Origin: an uncultured bacterium
Lineage (GTDB): Bacteria > Hydrothermota > UBA3073 > NMUJ01
Reading direction: 5' to 3'
Assembly (NCBI GenBank): GCA_965612795.1
Contig: CBFDTI010000006.1
Span: forward strand, 1-32,182
Length of the DNA stretch: 32,182 nt
The notes under the pieces: model-generated
The model's input: the letters and a program-made list of their open reading frames with translations, nothing else
Told to the model about the DNA's origin: nothing
Database searches by the model: none
Translations under genes and position numbers: made by a program
Shown: positions 18,833 through 27,012 of the stretch, piece after piece
Layout: each line of letters begins with the position of its first letter
How positions within the stretch are numbered: the first letter of the stretch is position 1

Positions 18833-20103
18833 TAGCTATATTTATGGCACTCATCTCGGTAATATACGTAGGGCGAGTTGAAGGTACCATAGACCCTATG
18901 AGTGCCAGCTATGTGGCACGTTTGATAGAAGAGGGCGAATCCGCGGATGCCACATTAATAGTGCTAGAACTTGACACCCCTGGTGGGTTGTTAGAATCCA
19001 TGGAGTCGATAGTTAAGTCAATCCTTAACGCACACGTACCTATAGCTGTGTATGTAGCGCCAGCAGGTGCACGTGCTGCATCTGCAGGTGTATTTATAGT
19101 GTTAGCCGGACACATAGCAGCGATGGCACCCGGTACCAATATCGGGGCAGCACACCCAGTAGCCATGGGGGAGGGTGAGCTATCTGAGGAGATGAAACAG
19201 AAGATCGAACAGTACGCAGCATCCTATATCGAGGCTATTGCCAGCAAACGCGGTCGTAACGTGGAATGGGCCAAAAAGGCGGTACTTGAGAGCAAATCCA
19301 TAACCGCGGAGGAAGCAAAAAGGTTAGATGTTATAGACATAGTGGCGGAAAATAGGGATGAACTCCTACATAAGTTAAACGGCTGGAAAGTAAAAATCAA
19401 CAGCGAACAACGTACCATCAAAACTGAAGGTGAAGATATTGTCGTAGTACCATGGTTGTTCAAGGAAAAGTTCTTCCACGTATTGTCCAACCCCAACATT
19501 GCATATGTATTACTTATACTTGGAATATATGGGTTGATATTTGAGTTCGCACACCCCGGTGCAATATTGCCGGGTGTGTTTGGGTCGATCTCATTGATAT
19601 TGGCATTTTTGGGGTTACATATTCTGCCGATAAATTTTGCAGGTGTAATGTTGATAATATTAGGGGTGGGATTATTTGTAATGGAAGCACTTACACCAAC
19701 ATATGGACCGTTTACTATAGGAGGGATAGTGGCACTTACGTTGGGCTCAATATTGTTAATACCACGTGGCGAGGTACCCCCAGCGTTTAGGATATCACCA
19801 TGGTTAATTTTTGTGGTAGTATTTATGACGGCGTCCTTCTTTGTGTTTGCATTAACCAAAGCGTTTATGACCAGACGCAAGAAACCACGTACGGGTATGG
19901 AGGGTATCATAGGTGAGAAAGGGGTTGTACGTGAACCCATCACTCCCACCAAGGAGGGTACCGTCTTCGTACAGGGTACGTTGTGGAAAGCTACCAGTGA
20001 CGTTAAACTTACCAAAGGTACAAAGATAAAGGTGACAGGCATAGATGGGCTAGTGTTGAAGGTCGAACCACTAAATAACAAAGTTGCTGATAATCGCAGT
20101 TAG
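18829..20103 (+). CDS. nfeD: NfeD long-form membrane serine protease (ClpP class)
   Basis: LDTPGG, ARAASAG, PGTNIGAAHP, RGRN, TM bundle, C-terminal OB fold (GTVFVQGTLWKA). Confidence 0.94.
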   Translation: MIAIFMALISVIYVGRVEGTIDPMSASYVARLIEEGESADATLIVLELDTPGGLLESMESIVKSILNAHVPIAVYVAPAGARAASAGVFIVLAGHIAAMAPGTNIGAAHPVAMGEGELSEEMKQKIEQYAASYIEAIASKRGRNVEWAKKAVLESKSITAEEAKRLDVIDIVAENRDELLHKLNGWKVKINSEQRTIKTEGEDIVVVPWLFKEKFFHVLSNPNIAYVLLILGIYGLIFEFAHPGAILPGVFGSISLILAFLGLHILPINFAGVMLIILGVGLFVMEALTPTYGPFTIGGIVALTLGSILLIPRGEVPPAFRISPWLIFVVVFMTASFFVFALTKAFMTRRKKPRTGMEGIIGEKGVVREPITPTKEGTVFVQGTLWKATSDVKLTKGTKIKVTGIDGLVLKVEPLNNKVADNRS

Positions 20104-20598
20104 TTGGTTAAATGTAGCTTGTTTGTTTTTGCGAGTTAGGTAAAAGATTTCAACATCCCTACGATGTTTGATAGAAGTTACAAATGGTAGCTTAGATTTA
20201 GTGAGTGTAGCAATGAATAAGTTAGGTAGATCGAGTGCCTCAAGTACTGCACGTTGAAATTTGTCAGATAACAGCTCCATTTTACCTATCTCATCCACGA
20301 CGATAGGATGTCCCATACGGATGGCGGTCTCGATAGCTTTCACTCCGATCTGGTTGAGTACGTCAACATTTACACCGTATTTACCCACGTGCGGCATATC
20401 TTTAAACTCTATATGTGCAAATACCGCACGTTCGTTGGTATCAATACGTACGATTTCGAACCCCACACGTTTACCGTTGGTATCACGTAACTCTTGTGTA
20501 TAGAAGCCAGCTGGGTTGATAAGATGTGGCAACAAGCGCTTTATGAGCGTGGTTTTACCAACACCGGGGTTACCGGTGATGAGAAAGTTATTAGGCAT
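20071..20598 (-). CDS. NTPase_1 / THEP1-like nucleoside triphosphatase
   Basis: ITGNPGVGKTT, GFYTQELR, RVGF, VGKYGV, VDEIGKMEL; ATG overlaps the polX stop. Confidence 0.92.
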   Translation of the reverse strand: MPNNFLITGNPGVGKTTLIKRLLPHLINPAGFYTQELRDTNGKRVGFEIVRIDTNERAVFAHIEFKDMPHVGKYGVNVDVLNQIGVKAIETAIRMGHPIVVDEIGKMELLSDKFQRAVLEALDLPNLFIATLTKSKLPFVTSIKHRRDVEIFYLTRKNKQATFNQLTAIISNFVI

Positions 20599-22295
20599 CA
20601 ACCCATGACGGAGCTGGCAAACTCCTTAAGTGGTAAGGTGTTGATGACATCGGCTTTCGTCAACCACGCACGACGTGCTACACCGATACCAAACCTTATG
20701 TGGTTCATCATACCCACATTGTGGGCATCAGATCCTATCACTATCTTAATACCTAACTCCTTAGCACGCATGGCATCGATATCAGTGAGGTCGAGCCTAT
20801 CATAGTAAGCGTTGATCTCGAGGATAACGCCCTCCTCTCGCGCTACCTGCATTACACGGTCAAGGTCTACGCGATAACCTTCACGCTTGGAGATCAACCT
20901 ACCTCGTGGATGTGCCAGTATCTTGATTTTCGGATGTCTTATGGCTTTGATGATGGCGGGCGTCATATCGAAATCTTTCGGAAATATATGTACAGCGGCG
21001 ATGGCGAAGTCGAGTGCATCGAGCACCTTAGAATCCACCATGAGGTCACCGTCACGGTTGATATCAACTTCGAGTGATTGAAATATTTTAATATTATATT
21101 GGGATTCGAGGGGGTCGCATTCCTTACGACGTTTGGCGAGCATCTCCAACGTAAAGTTACGATCTGAGCGCGGTATGTGTGAATGATCCGCCAACACTAT
21201 ATATTCGTAACCAAGCTGTTTAGCACGTGCAACCAGCTCAGCAATCGACGATACACCGTCCGAATATGGGGTATGGATGTGGGTATCACCCTTTAAGTCA
21301 TCGTATCCGATGAGCTGCGGCAATTTACCCTGTTGGGCGAGCTCAACCTCCCCCCTATCTTCACGCATCTCAGGCGGTATCCATGGTAGGTTAAGTGCAC
21401 CGTAAACTTCCTCTTCGGTGACACCTGCTATCTTTTTGTCACCTTCAAACACTCCATACTCGCTGATCTTCCAGCCTCTCGCACGTGCAATAGTACGTAG
21501 TTTGATGTTGTGGGGTTTGGATCCCGTGAAATACTGAAGTGCAGCACCGAAACTCTCCTTAGGTACGACACGTAAGTCAACCTGATAGCCACCCCTGACG
21601 ATGATCGATCCCTTCGTGCTGCCTTGTGCAAGAACTCGTTCTACCCGTGGGTAATTTACGAAGTGGTCGATCAGCTCCTCTCCCTTGTCGTAGGTAGTCA
21701 ATATGTCGATATCGCCAACAGTCTCCTTCATCCTGCGCAATGAACCCGCTGGTGAGATGTTGGTTACGGGATATTGTTTCAGGTATTCGATAAGATCCTC
21801 CACAAGTGGTAACGCGATACCCAACGGTATGCGGCCACGGGAGCGGTCGAAAAATTCCAACCCCTTCTTGATGTTGTCGACTTTCTTTTTGCCCATGCCG
21901 GGAAGCTTCTCAAGCGACCCATCCTTGAGTACACGTTCAAGGTCTTGACGGGTTTTGACGCCTAACTTTTCGTACACTAATTTTAAGGTTTTGGGGCCCA
22001 ACCCAGGTACCTCCATCAATTTCAGCAAATCAGGTGGCACATCCTGCATCGCCTCTTCGTATTTGTGCATCCTACCGGTCTCTATGTACTCGGCGATCTT
22101 CTTGGCGATACCCTCACCTATACCGGGTACGTTGCGGAGCTCACCCCTCTTGTAGATATCGGTGATATCCTCAGGTAGGTCACGCAGTATACGAGCTACC
22201 TTGCGATAGGCGTTAACCTTGAACGGTAGTTCACCTTTGAATTCGAGTGCATCCGCTATCCTCTCGAAGATTTCGGCCAGCTCAGCGTTCTTCAT
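20598..22295 (-). CDS. polX: DNA polymerase X with PHP domain
   Basis: FKVNAYR, HhH motifs, AGSLRR..TVGDIDIL, QVDLR, YFTGSK, HIHT.YSDG, DHS, AHP, SDAH. Confidence 0.96.
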   Translation of the reverse strand: MKNAELAEIFERIADALEFKGELPFKVNAYRKVARILRDLPEDITDIYKRGELRNVPGIGEGIAKKIAEYIETGRMHKYEEAMQDVPPDLLKLMEVPGLGPKTLKLVYEKLGVKTRQDLERVLKDGSLEKLPGMGKKKVDNIKKGLEFFDRSRGRIPLGIALPLVEDLIEYLKQYPVTNISPAGSLRRMKETVGDIDILTTYDKGEELIDHFVNYPRVERVLAQGSTKGSIIVRGGYQVDLRVVPKESFGAALQYFTGSKPHNIKLRTIARARGWKISEYGVFEGDKKIAGVTEEEVYGALNLPWIPPEMREDRGEVELAQQGKLPQLIGYDDLKGDTHIHTPYSDGVSSIAELVARAKQLGYEYIVLADHSHIPRSDRNFTLEMLAKRRKECDPLESQYNIKIFQSLEVDINRDGDLMVDSKVLDALDFAIAAVHIFPKDFDMTPAIIKAIRHPKIKILAHPRGRLISKREGYRVDLDRVMQVAREEGVILEINAYYDRLDLTDIDAMRAKELGIKIVIGSDAHNVGMMNHIRFGIGVARRAWLTKADVINTLPLKEFASSVMG

Positions 22296-22537
22296 CCACC
22301 GATCTTTATCGGATTACATAATGAAGTTTTGGGTGTCGCATAGGGACAAAACTGTAGCACAAAATCGACCGCCGTATTCTCGTCGGGTGCCTCGTAGATG
22401 ATAGCGAAGTCGGGTTTACCGAAAAGCTCCAGGAATTCGCGTATCTTGATATCATCGGGCACCTTGAAGGACTTGAGGAAATCGAGGAACTCACGCGCTT
22501 TACCGGGGATCACATCCAATGTGGTTATGAATAACAT
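22292..22537 (-). CDS. Small GYD/DUF3303-like protein
   Basis: LFGKPDFAIIYEAPDE resembles the GYD-domain G.YD....EAPD pattern. Start reassigned to ATG 22537 (AAGGAGG SD). Confidence 0.65.
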   Translation of the reverse strand: MLFITTLDVIPGKAREFLDFLKSFKVPDDIKIREFLELFGKPDFAIIYEAPDENTAVDFVLQFCPYATPKTSLCNPIKIGG

Positions 22538-22556
22538 TCTATCCTCCTTTATTTTA

Positions 22557-22584
22557 AAATTATGTTGCGATAAACTGTCGTCAA
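22557..22584 (-). promoter_or_regulatory. Putative promoter of GYD-polX-NTPase
   Basis: TTGACG-N16-TAATTT. Confidence 0.5.
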
Positions 22585-22630
22585 TGAGCAATAGAGGGGG
22601 CTCATTCTTGTCAGGTAACCAGTATCGTGG

Positions 22631-22657
22631 TTGACACTTCATGAATATCCGTATTAA
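22631..22657 (+). promoter_or_regulatory. Putative leaderless promoter of the S8 peptidase
   Basis: TTGACA-N15-TATTAA-N6-ATG; no SD. Confidence 0.5.
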
Positions 22658-22663
22658 AAATAG

Positions 22664-24364
22664 ATGTGGGTTATAGCTATTTTCTTATTCACAGGTATCC
22701 CTAAGGTGACCCCATACTTACGACAGTTTTACACCAAGTATGATAAGCACAAAGTGATTAAGGTATGGATCTACTTCGATGATCGCAACGTGGACACGGA
22801 GATTGTACAACTCAAAAATATAGGATGCGATTTTGTTTATTACTCAGGATGCCTCAACGCGGCCGTCTTCCGTATGCCGATCGATAAGCTACCTGAGGTA
22901 TCAAACCTCAGCAAAGTCAAGCTTATCGATAAGGTTAAACTATTAGTGGCCCCGTTGCCTGAAGTCGAACATCCACTAAAGAGCTTACCGTATGGTGCAT
23001 CTTATCGCCAGCTGGTACAACTTAACATCCCCAAGCTACACGAGCTTGGCTATACAGGTAGCGGTGTGAAGATTGGTATACTTGATACGGGGTTTGATTG
23101 GATCCGTATCGTATCAGATGACCAGATTATCGCCACTTATGACTTCATATGGGATGACGATGACGTGATGTATCAACCTGATGAGTTTATGCTCAATATA
23201 GGGGATACCACGGTATTTATGCAGGATATCTGGTTACGTGAACAGCTACGCCATGGTACGGGTATGCTATCCTTAATAGCTGGTACGTTTACGGATAAAC
23301 TCATAGGGGCGGCGTTTGGTGCAAGCTTCGCGCTCGCCAAGACCGAACTCGTATATAACCCGTTGCTGGGTAACTATATGGATATCGTCACGGAGGAGGA
23401 CTGGTGGGTACGTGGTGCTGAATGGTTAGCTTGTAGTGTAGGTGTCGATATAATATCGAACTCGCTCGGCTACAAATATTTCTGGGATCCCATCAACCAG
23501 CAGCTCAAAAGTTACTCCTACACTCAAATGGATGGCACCACATGCCCCATATCACGTGTGGCAAGTACACTCGCAGATAGTTTTGGTGTGCTACTAGTAA
23601 CCGCGATGGGTAATGTGGCACCTTTCGCCTCGGAACGACCTGACACCTGTATCGTCAGCCCTGCCGATGCCAATTATGTACTAGCTGTAGGTGGTGTCGA
23701 TACGCTTGGCGATTGGGCATGGGATTCAGAAGCTTATCAAGGTGCTGCCATAGGGCCACGTGGTGATAGCATGCGTGTGGATACCATTGCGTTTAAACCA
23801 GAAGTTGTCGCCCCATACTATGCATACTACATGAAATCGGATGGCAGCTCATTACAACCAGTTTATGGTGCAGGCACTTCGGTTGCTACTGCGTTGACAG
23901 CTGGATTGGCGGCATTGGTATTGGAGGCACACCCCAGTTGGCGCGATAACCCCAAAAGGTTACGTTATGTGATCATGCACACAGCTTCGATGGCAGAACA
24001 ACCCAATGACACGATGGGGTTCGGTATACCGGATGCATATGAAGCTATACATTACGAACCACCTGAAGTCACACCCATACCGTTGACACGTGATAGATTG
24101 CTACCGCCTTTCCCTAATCCATTGAAATTATCGGAGACTACCAGATTGCAGGTACCGATGTTGATATTACATCCAAGTTATGCTATAGTACGGATCTATA
24201 CGCTATCGGGTAGGTTGATATGTGAACGCTACCTGGATAAGGTAAGTATCGGCTATAAGGTGGTAACATTCACGATGTCGGACGATTTGCCACCCGGTAT
24301 TTACATATGTACGTTGACGACGGGGTTTGCACGTGATAAATTAAAGTTTGCCATAATCAAGTGA
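22664..24364 (+). CDS. S8 (subtilisin-like) serine peptidase with T9SS/FlgD-like C-terminal domain
   Basis: ILDTG, HGT, AMGN, GTSVA; C-terminal PFPNP...VRIYTLSGRLI...LPPGIY...KFAIIK. Confidence 0.9.
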   Translation: MWVIAIFLFTGIPKVTPYLRQFYTKYDKHKVIKVWIYFDDRNVDTEIVQLKNIGCDFVYYSGCLNAAVFRMPIDKLPEVSNLSKVKLIDKVKLLVAPLPEVEHPLKSLPYGASYRQLVQLNIPKLHELGYTGSGVKIGILDTGFDWIRIVSDDQIIATYDFIWDDDDVMYQPDEFMLNIGDTTVFMQDIWLREQLRHGTGMLSLIAGTFTDKLIGAAFGASFALAKTELVYNPLLGNYMDIVTEEDWWVRGAEWLACSVGVDIISNSLGYKYFWDPINQQLKSYSYTQMDGTTCPISRVASTLADSFGVLLVTAMGNVAPFASERPDTCIVSPADANYVLAVGGVDTLGDWAWDSEAYQGAAIGPRGDSMRVDTIAFKPEVVAPYYAYYMKSDGSSLQPVYGAGTSVATALTAGLAALVLEAHPSWRDNPKRLRYVIMHTASMAEQPNDTMGFGIPDAYEAIHYEPPEVTPIPLTRDRLLPPFPNPLKLSETTRLQVPMLILHPSYAIVRIYTLSGRLICERYLDKVSIGYKVVTFTMSDDLPPGIYICTLTTGFARDKLKFAIIK

Positions 24365-24365
24365 T

Positions 24366-25112
24366 ATGCAGGTACGTAAGGGTGTAATACTTGCAGCTGG
24401 CAAAGGTACGCGACTTAAGGAGCTAACCAGGAACAGGCCCAAACCCATGGTCGAGATCAACGGCCGTCCCATACTTCAGTATGTTTTCGATGCACTAAAA
24501 GGTACAGGGATACGTGAGTTCCTTATTGTCACAGGCTACTATGCGGAGATGATCGAACAGCACTTTGGTGACGGTTCTCAAATGGGGTACAAACTGTATT
24601 ACGTAAGGCAAACTGTTCAGAACGGTACTGCTACAGCTACGTTGTTGGGTAAGGATTTCGTAGGTGATGAACCCTTCCTACTTACGTTCGGTGATATCAT
24701 CACATTGCCTGATAATTACACAGCGTTTGTCGATGCTTACAATAGTATGCCGGTTGATGGACAATTGGCTGTATACTGGAAAGAGGATCTATCTGCTGGT
24801 GCTGCAGTGTATGTTGATGATAACATGTGGGTAACTGATATCATTGAGAAGCCACCACCTGGTCAGTCTATGTCACATTGGATGAATGCGGGTCTTTTCA
24901 TATTTAAACCTTTAATATTCGATTATCTAAGCAAGGTACCGCTATCCGTACGTGGTGAATACGAGCTTACGGATGCCATCAGAATGATGCTAAAAGATGG
25001 TCACCCGATACGTGCACATGAATTAAAAGATTTCTGGAGCGACCTCGGTACCCCACAGGCGTTGGAGGTGTTCAGGAAGGTGCTCAGTGTTCGGGCATTT
25101 CGGGTTCGATAA
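24366..25112 (+). CDS. Sugar-phosphate nucleotidyltransferase
   Basis: ILAAGKGTRL..LT..RPKPM, GTATA, FGD, IEKP, RGEYELTDA, WSDLG. Confidence 0.92.
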   Translation: MQVRKGVILAAGKGTRLKELTRNRPKPMVEINGRPILQYVFDALKGTGIREFLIVTGYYAEMIEQHFGDGSQMGYKLYYVRQTVQNGTATATLLGKDFVGDEPFLLTFGDIITLPDNYTAFVDAYNSMPVDGQLAVYWKEDLSAGAAVYVDDNMWVTDIIEKPPPGQSMSHWMNAGLFIFKPLIFDYLSKVPLSVRGEYELTDAIRMMLKDGHPIRAHELKDFWSDLGTPQALEVFRKVLSVRAFRVR

Positions 25113-26358
25113 TATCCCACGGTATCCAGCGTTCCCAATCAGAAGCTGATGGAAAGTCGGGCGAATTGCTATAAACTAATTCATAATCCCCATATCCACG
25201 TTTGTCAACAAATATGAATATCTTACGTCCCTTTACGTAGTAGATCCATTTCTCGTACGGGTAACCGGTCAACGATGACGGTTGGCGTTCAATATCGTCA
25301 GGTTCGCCGTACTTGATGTATACCTTACCTCTATCTGTATCCCTGCCGAGCCTTTTACCTACACTGAAATTGGCGTCCGCATATTTTATGCGCTCAATCA
25401 ACACGTGTAGTAGGTCCTTACCCTTGGCTGCCCAGAAGCGCTTGAGGAACTCTTCTTTCTTATCCTCTGGTAACGTCTTGTATGTAGCAAGCTCCTCGGG
25501 TGTGGCCACATACTTTATTAGATGATAATACTGTTTTTCTTCACTTGTGAACTCCTCGGTGACGGGTGGCTTCTCCTCTGTGATTATGTAAAATGGTACG
25601 CTCATCGTAGCTGTATCAGTAGCCTGTATCACACGTACCTGTAGCCGATACTCGCCAGGTGATAGGTCGGCGATATCGAAACCTGCCCCCCGTAAAGCCA
25701 ATATAGTATCGGGGTCGATAGCTTCGGAGGTTTCAGGTGCAAACGTACGTACTTTGCTACCAGTACCATCCAGTATCGCATAGTCGATTGTATAATCGCC
25801 TCTTTTCAGGTTGTATATCTCGAAGTAGAAATATAGTGTGGGACGGTTAAGCCCAAACGTATGTTCAGGGTTAGGTATCACCTGTATACCATGATACGAG
25901 AATTCGTGCCCACCTTCGGGGTTGATCTCTGTCGATAACGCTATATCGCTGAGCGCTAACTTATTCGGTGGTATGTAAGGGACGACAAAATCCTTACGTA
26001 TTGTGCTACTTTTCTCGCCACTCTCTAACCGTACCTCTAACCTGTAGCTACCGGGATAAAGGTATAGATCAAACCCCTCCAGTATATGCAGGTGACGCTC
26101 CTCAGCTATCTCCGGTGAGGGTATGATAGCTCTGCGACGCCATTCACCCGTAAATGTGTCACGGGTGACATCGAGTGAGTAGATTTTGACAAAAAAGTTG
26201 AGCTCACCCTCCCAAGTTTCACCCTTCTTTTCATAGGCTATCACCTTATATGGGATGCTGAGGTTCACCACAGTGTGGGTGAGACTATCGACACCACGAA
26301 AGTTTAACACCTCCACCGCCAACCAGTTAATAATAAACAAACTTATAATCGCCATCAC
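25084..26358 (-). CDS. GWxTD-domain protein
   Basis: FLKRFW, RIKYADANF, GRDTDRGKVYIKYGEPD, YEKWIY, FIFVD. Confidence 0.88.
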   Translation of the reverse strand: MMAIISLFIINWLAVEVLNFRGVDSLTHTVVNLSIPYKVIAYEKKGETWEGELNFFVKIYSLDVTRDTFTGEWRRRAIIPSPEIAEERHLHILEGFDLYLYPGSYRLEVRLESGEKSSTIRKDFVVPYIPPNKLALSDIALSTEINPEGGHEFSYHGIQVIPNPEHTFGLNRPTLYFYFEIYNLKRGDYTIDYAILDGTGSKVRTFAPETSEAIDPDTILALRGAGFDIADLSPGEYRLQVRVIQATDTATMSVPFYIITEEKPPVTEEFTSEEKQYYHLIKYVATPEELATYKTLPEDKKEEFLKRFWAAKGKDLLHVLIERIKYADANFSVGKRLGRDTDRGKVYIKYGEPDDIERQPSSLTGYPYEKWIYYVKGRKIFIFVDKRGYGDYELVYSNSPDFPSASDWERWIPWDIIEPEMPEH

Positions 26359-26362
26359 TTAC

Positions 26363-26716
26363 CTAGAAGCTAGGTTTCAAAAATACACCAATTATTGCAG
26401 CTATTATCGTGATAATACCCACAGGTACTTGGAACGTAGCCATTATGTTATGTAACTGTGCGATACGCTTCTCGTCCTTGGGTAACGATTTGAATATATC
26501 AAAGCATAGCAATATACCGGCTATTATGCCCATGATGCCGGGGAATGTGAACGTTGCCCCAAATGCACGCATCACATGTATGCCGGCAAAGAACGAGATA
26601 ATACCTATCGGTATGTTGAGCGTCGATAGGGTGGTACGAGTGGGTTTGAGGATTTCGAGTTTCTCAAATAAGGGAAGTATTAACATCATACCGCTCAGCA
26701 GTATGAACTCTATCAT
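26363..26716 (-). CDS. Small integral membrane protein
   Basis: AGGAGG SD; 3-4 hydrophobic helices with an internal repeat (IPIGIISF / VPVGIITI). Confidence 0.75.
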   Translation of the reverse strand: MIEFILLSGMMLILPLFEKLEILKPTRTTLSTLNIPIGIISFFAGIHVMRAFGATFTFPGIMGIIAGILLCFDIFKSLPKDEKRIAQLHNIMATFQVPVGIITIIAAIIGVFLKPSF

Positions 26717-26736
26717 ACCAACCTCCTGATACTTTA

Positions 26737-26763
26737 TGAATAATTATCTTTGGTGAATGTCAA
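26737..26763 (-). promoter_or_regulatory. Putative promoter
   Basis: TTGACA-N15-TATTCA, then AGGAGG SD. Confidence 0.5.
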
Positions 26764-26981
26764 CAATGGGGATACGTTGTATTAACAGCTTTTTAGTTAT
26801 CTCTTAATCATGGAATAGCTACTGGATGATAGCAACCTATGTCAAGGTTTAGCGTATGGTGGCCAGAGAGTAGCGGATCGATAATGCTCCATTGGCGAGA
26901 AGCTTGATCCACCTACGGTAATTTGAACTCAATGGTGATAGACTTGCACTGGTGATGGTATCAGAATATAACATTTTGGTA

Positions 26982-27009
26982 TTGCATATTTGATATATTG
27001 CAATATTTA
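26982..27009 (+). promoter_or_regulatory. Putative leaderless promoter overlapping an imperfect palindrome
   Basis: TTGCAT-N16-TATTTA-N6-ATG(27016); TATTGCA...TGCAATA dyad. Confidence 0.35.
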
Positions 27010-27012
27010 AAT

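Noticed and set aside
19224..20081. 285-aa antisense ORF over nfeD, and similar shadows such as 7240-8022 and 7092-7625
   Set aside because: They lie opposite well-supported genes and have no recognisable motifs; they are consistent with codon-bias shadows.
26849..26974. 41-aa minus-strand ORF or ncRNA in the 280-nt intergenic region
   Set aside because: No SD, no recognisable motif and no convincing stable structure by eye.
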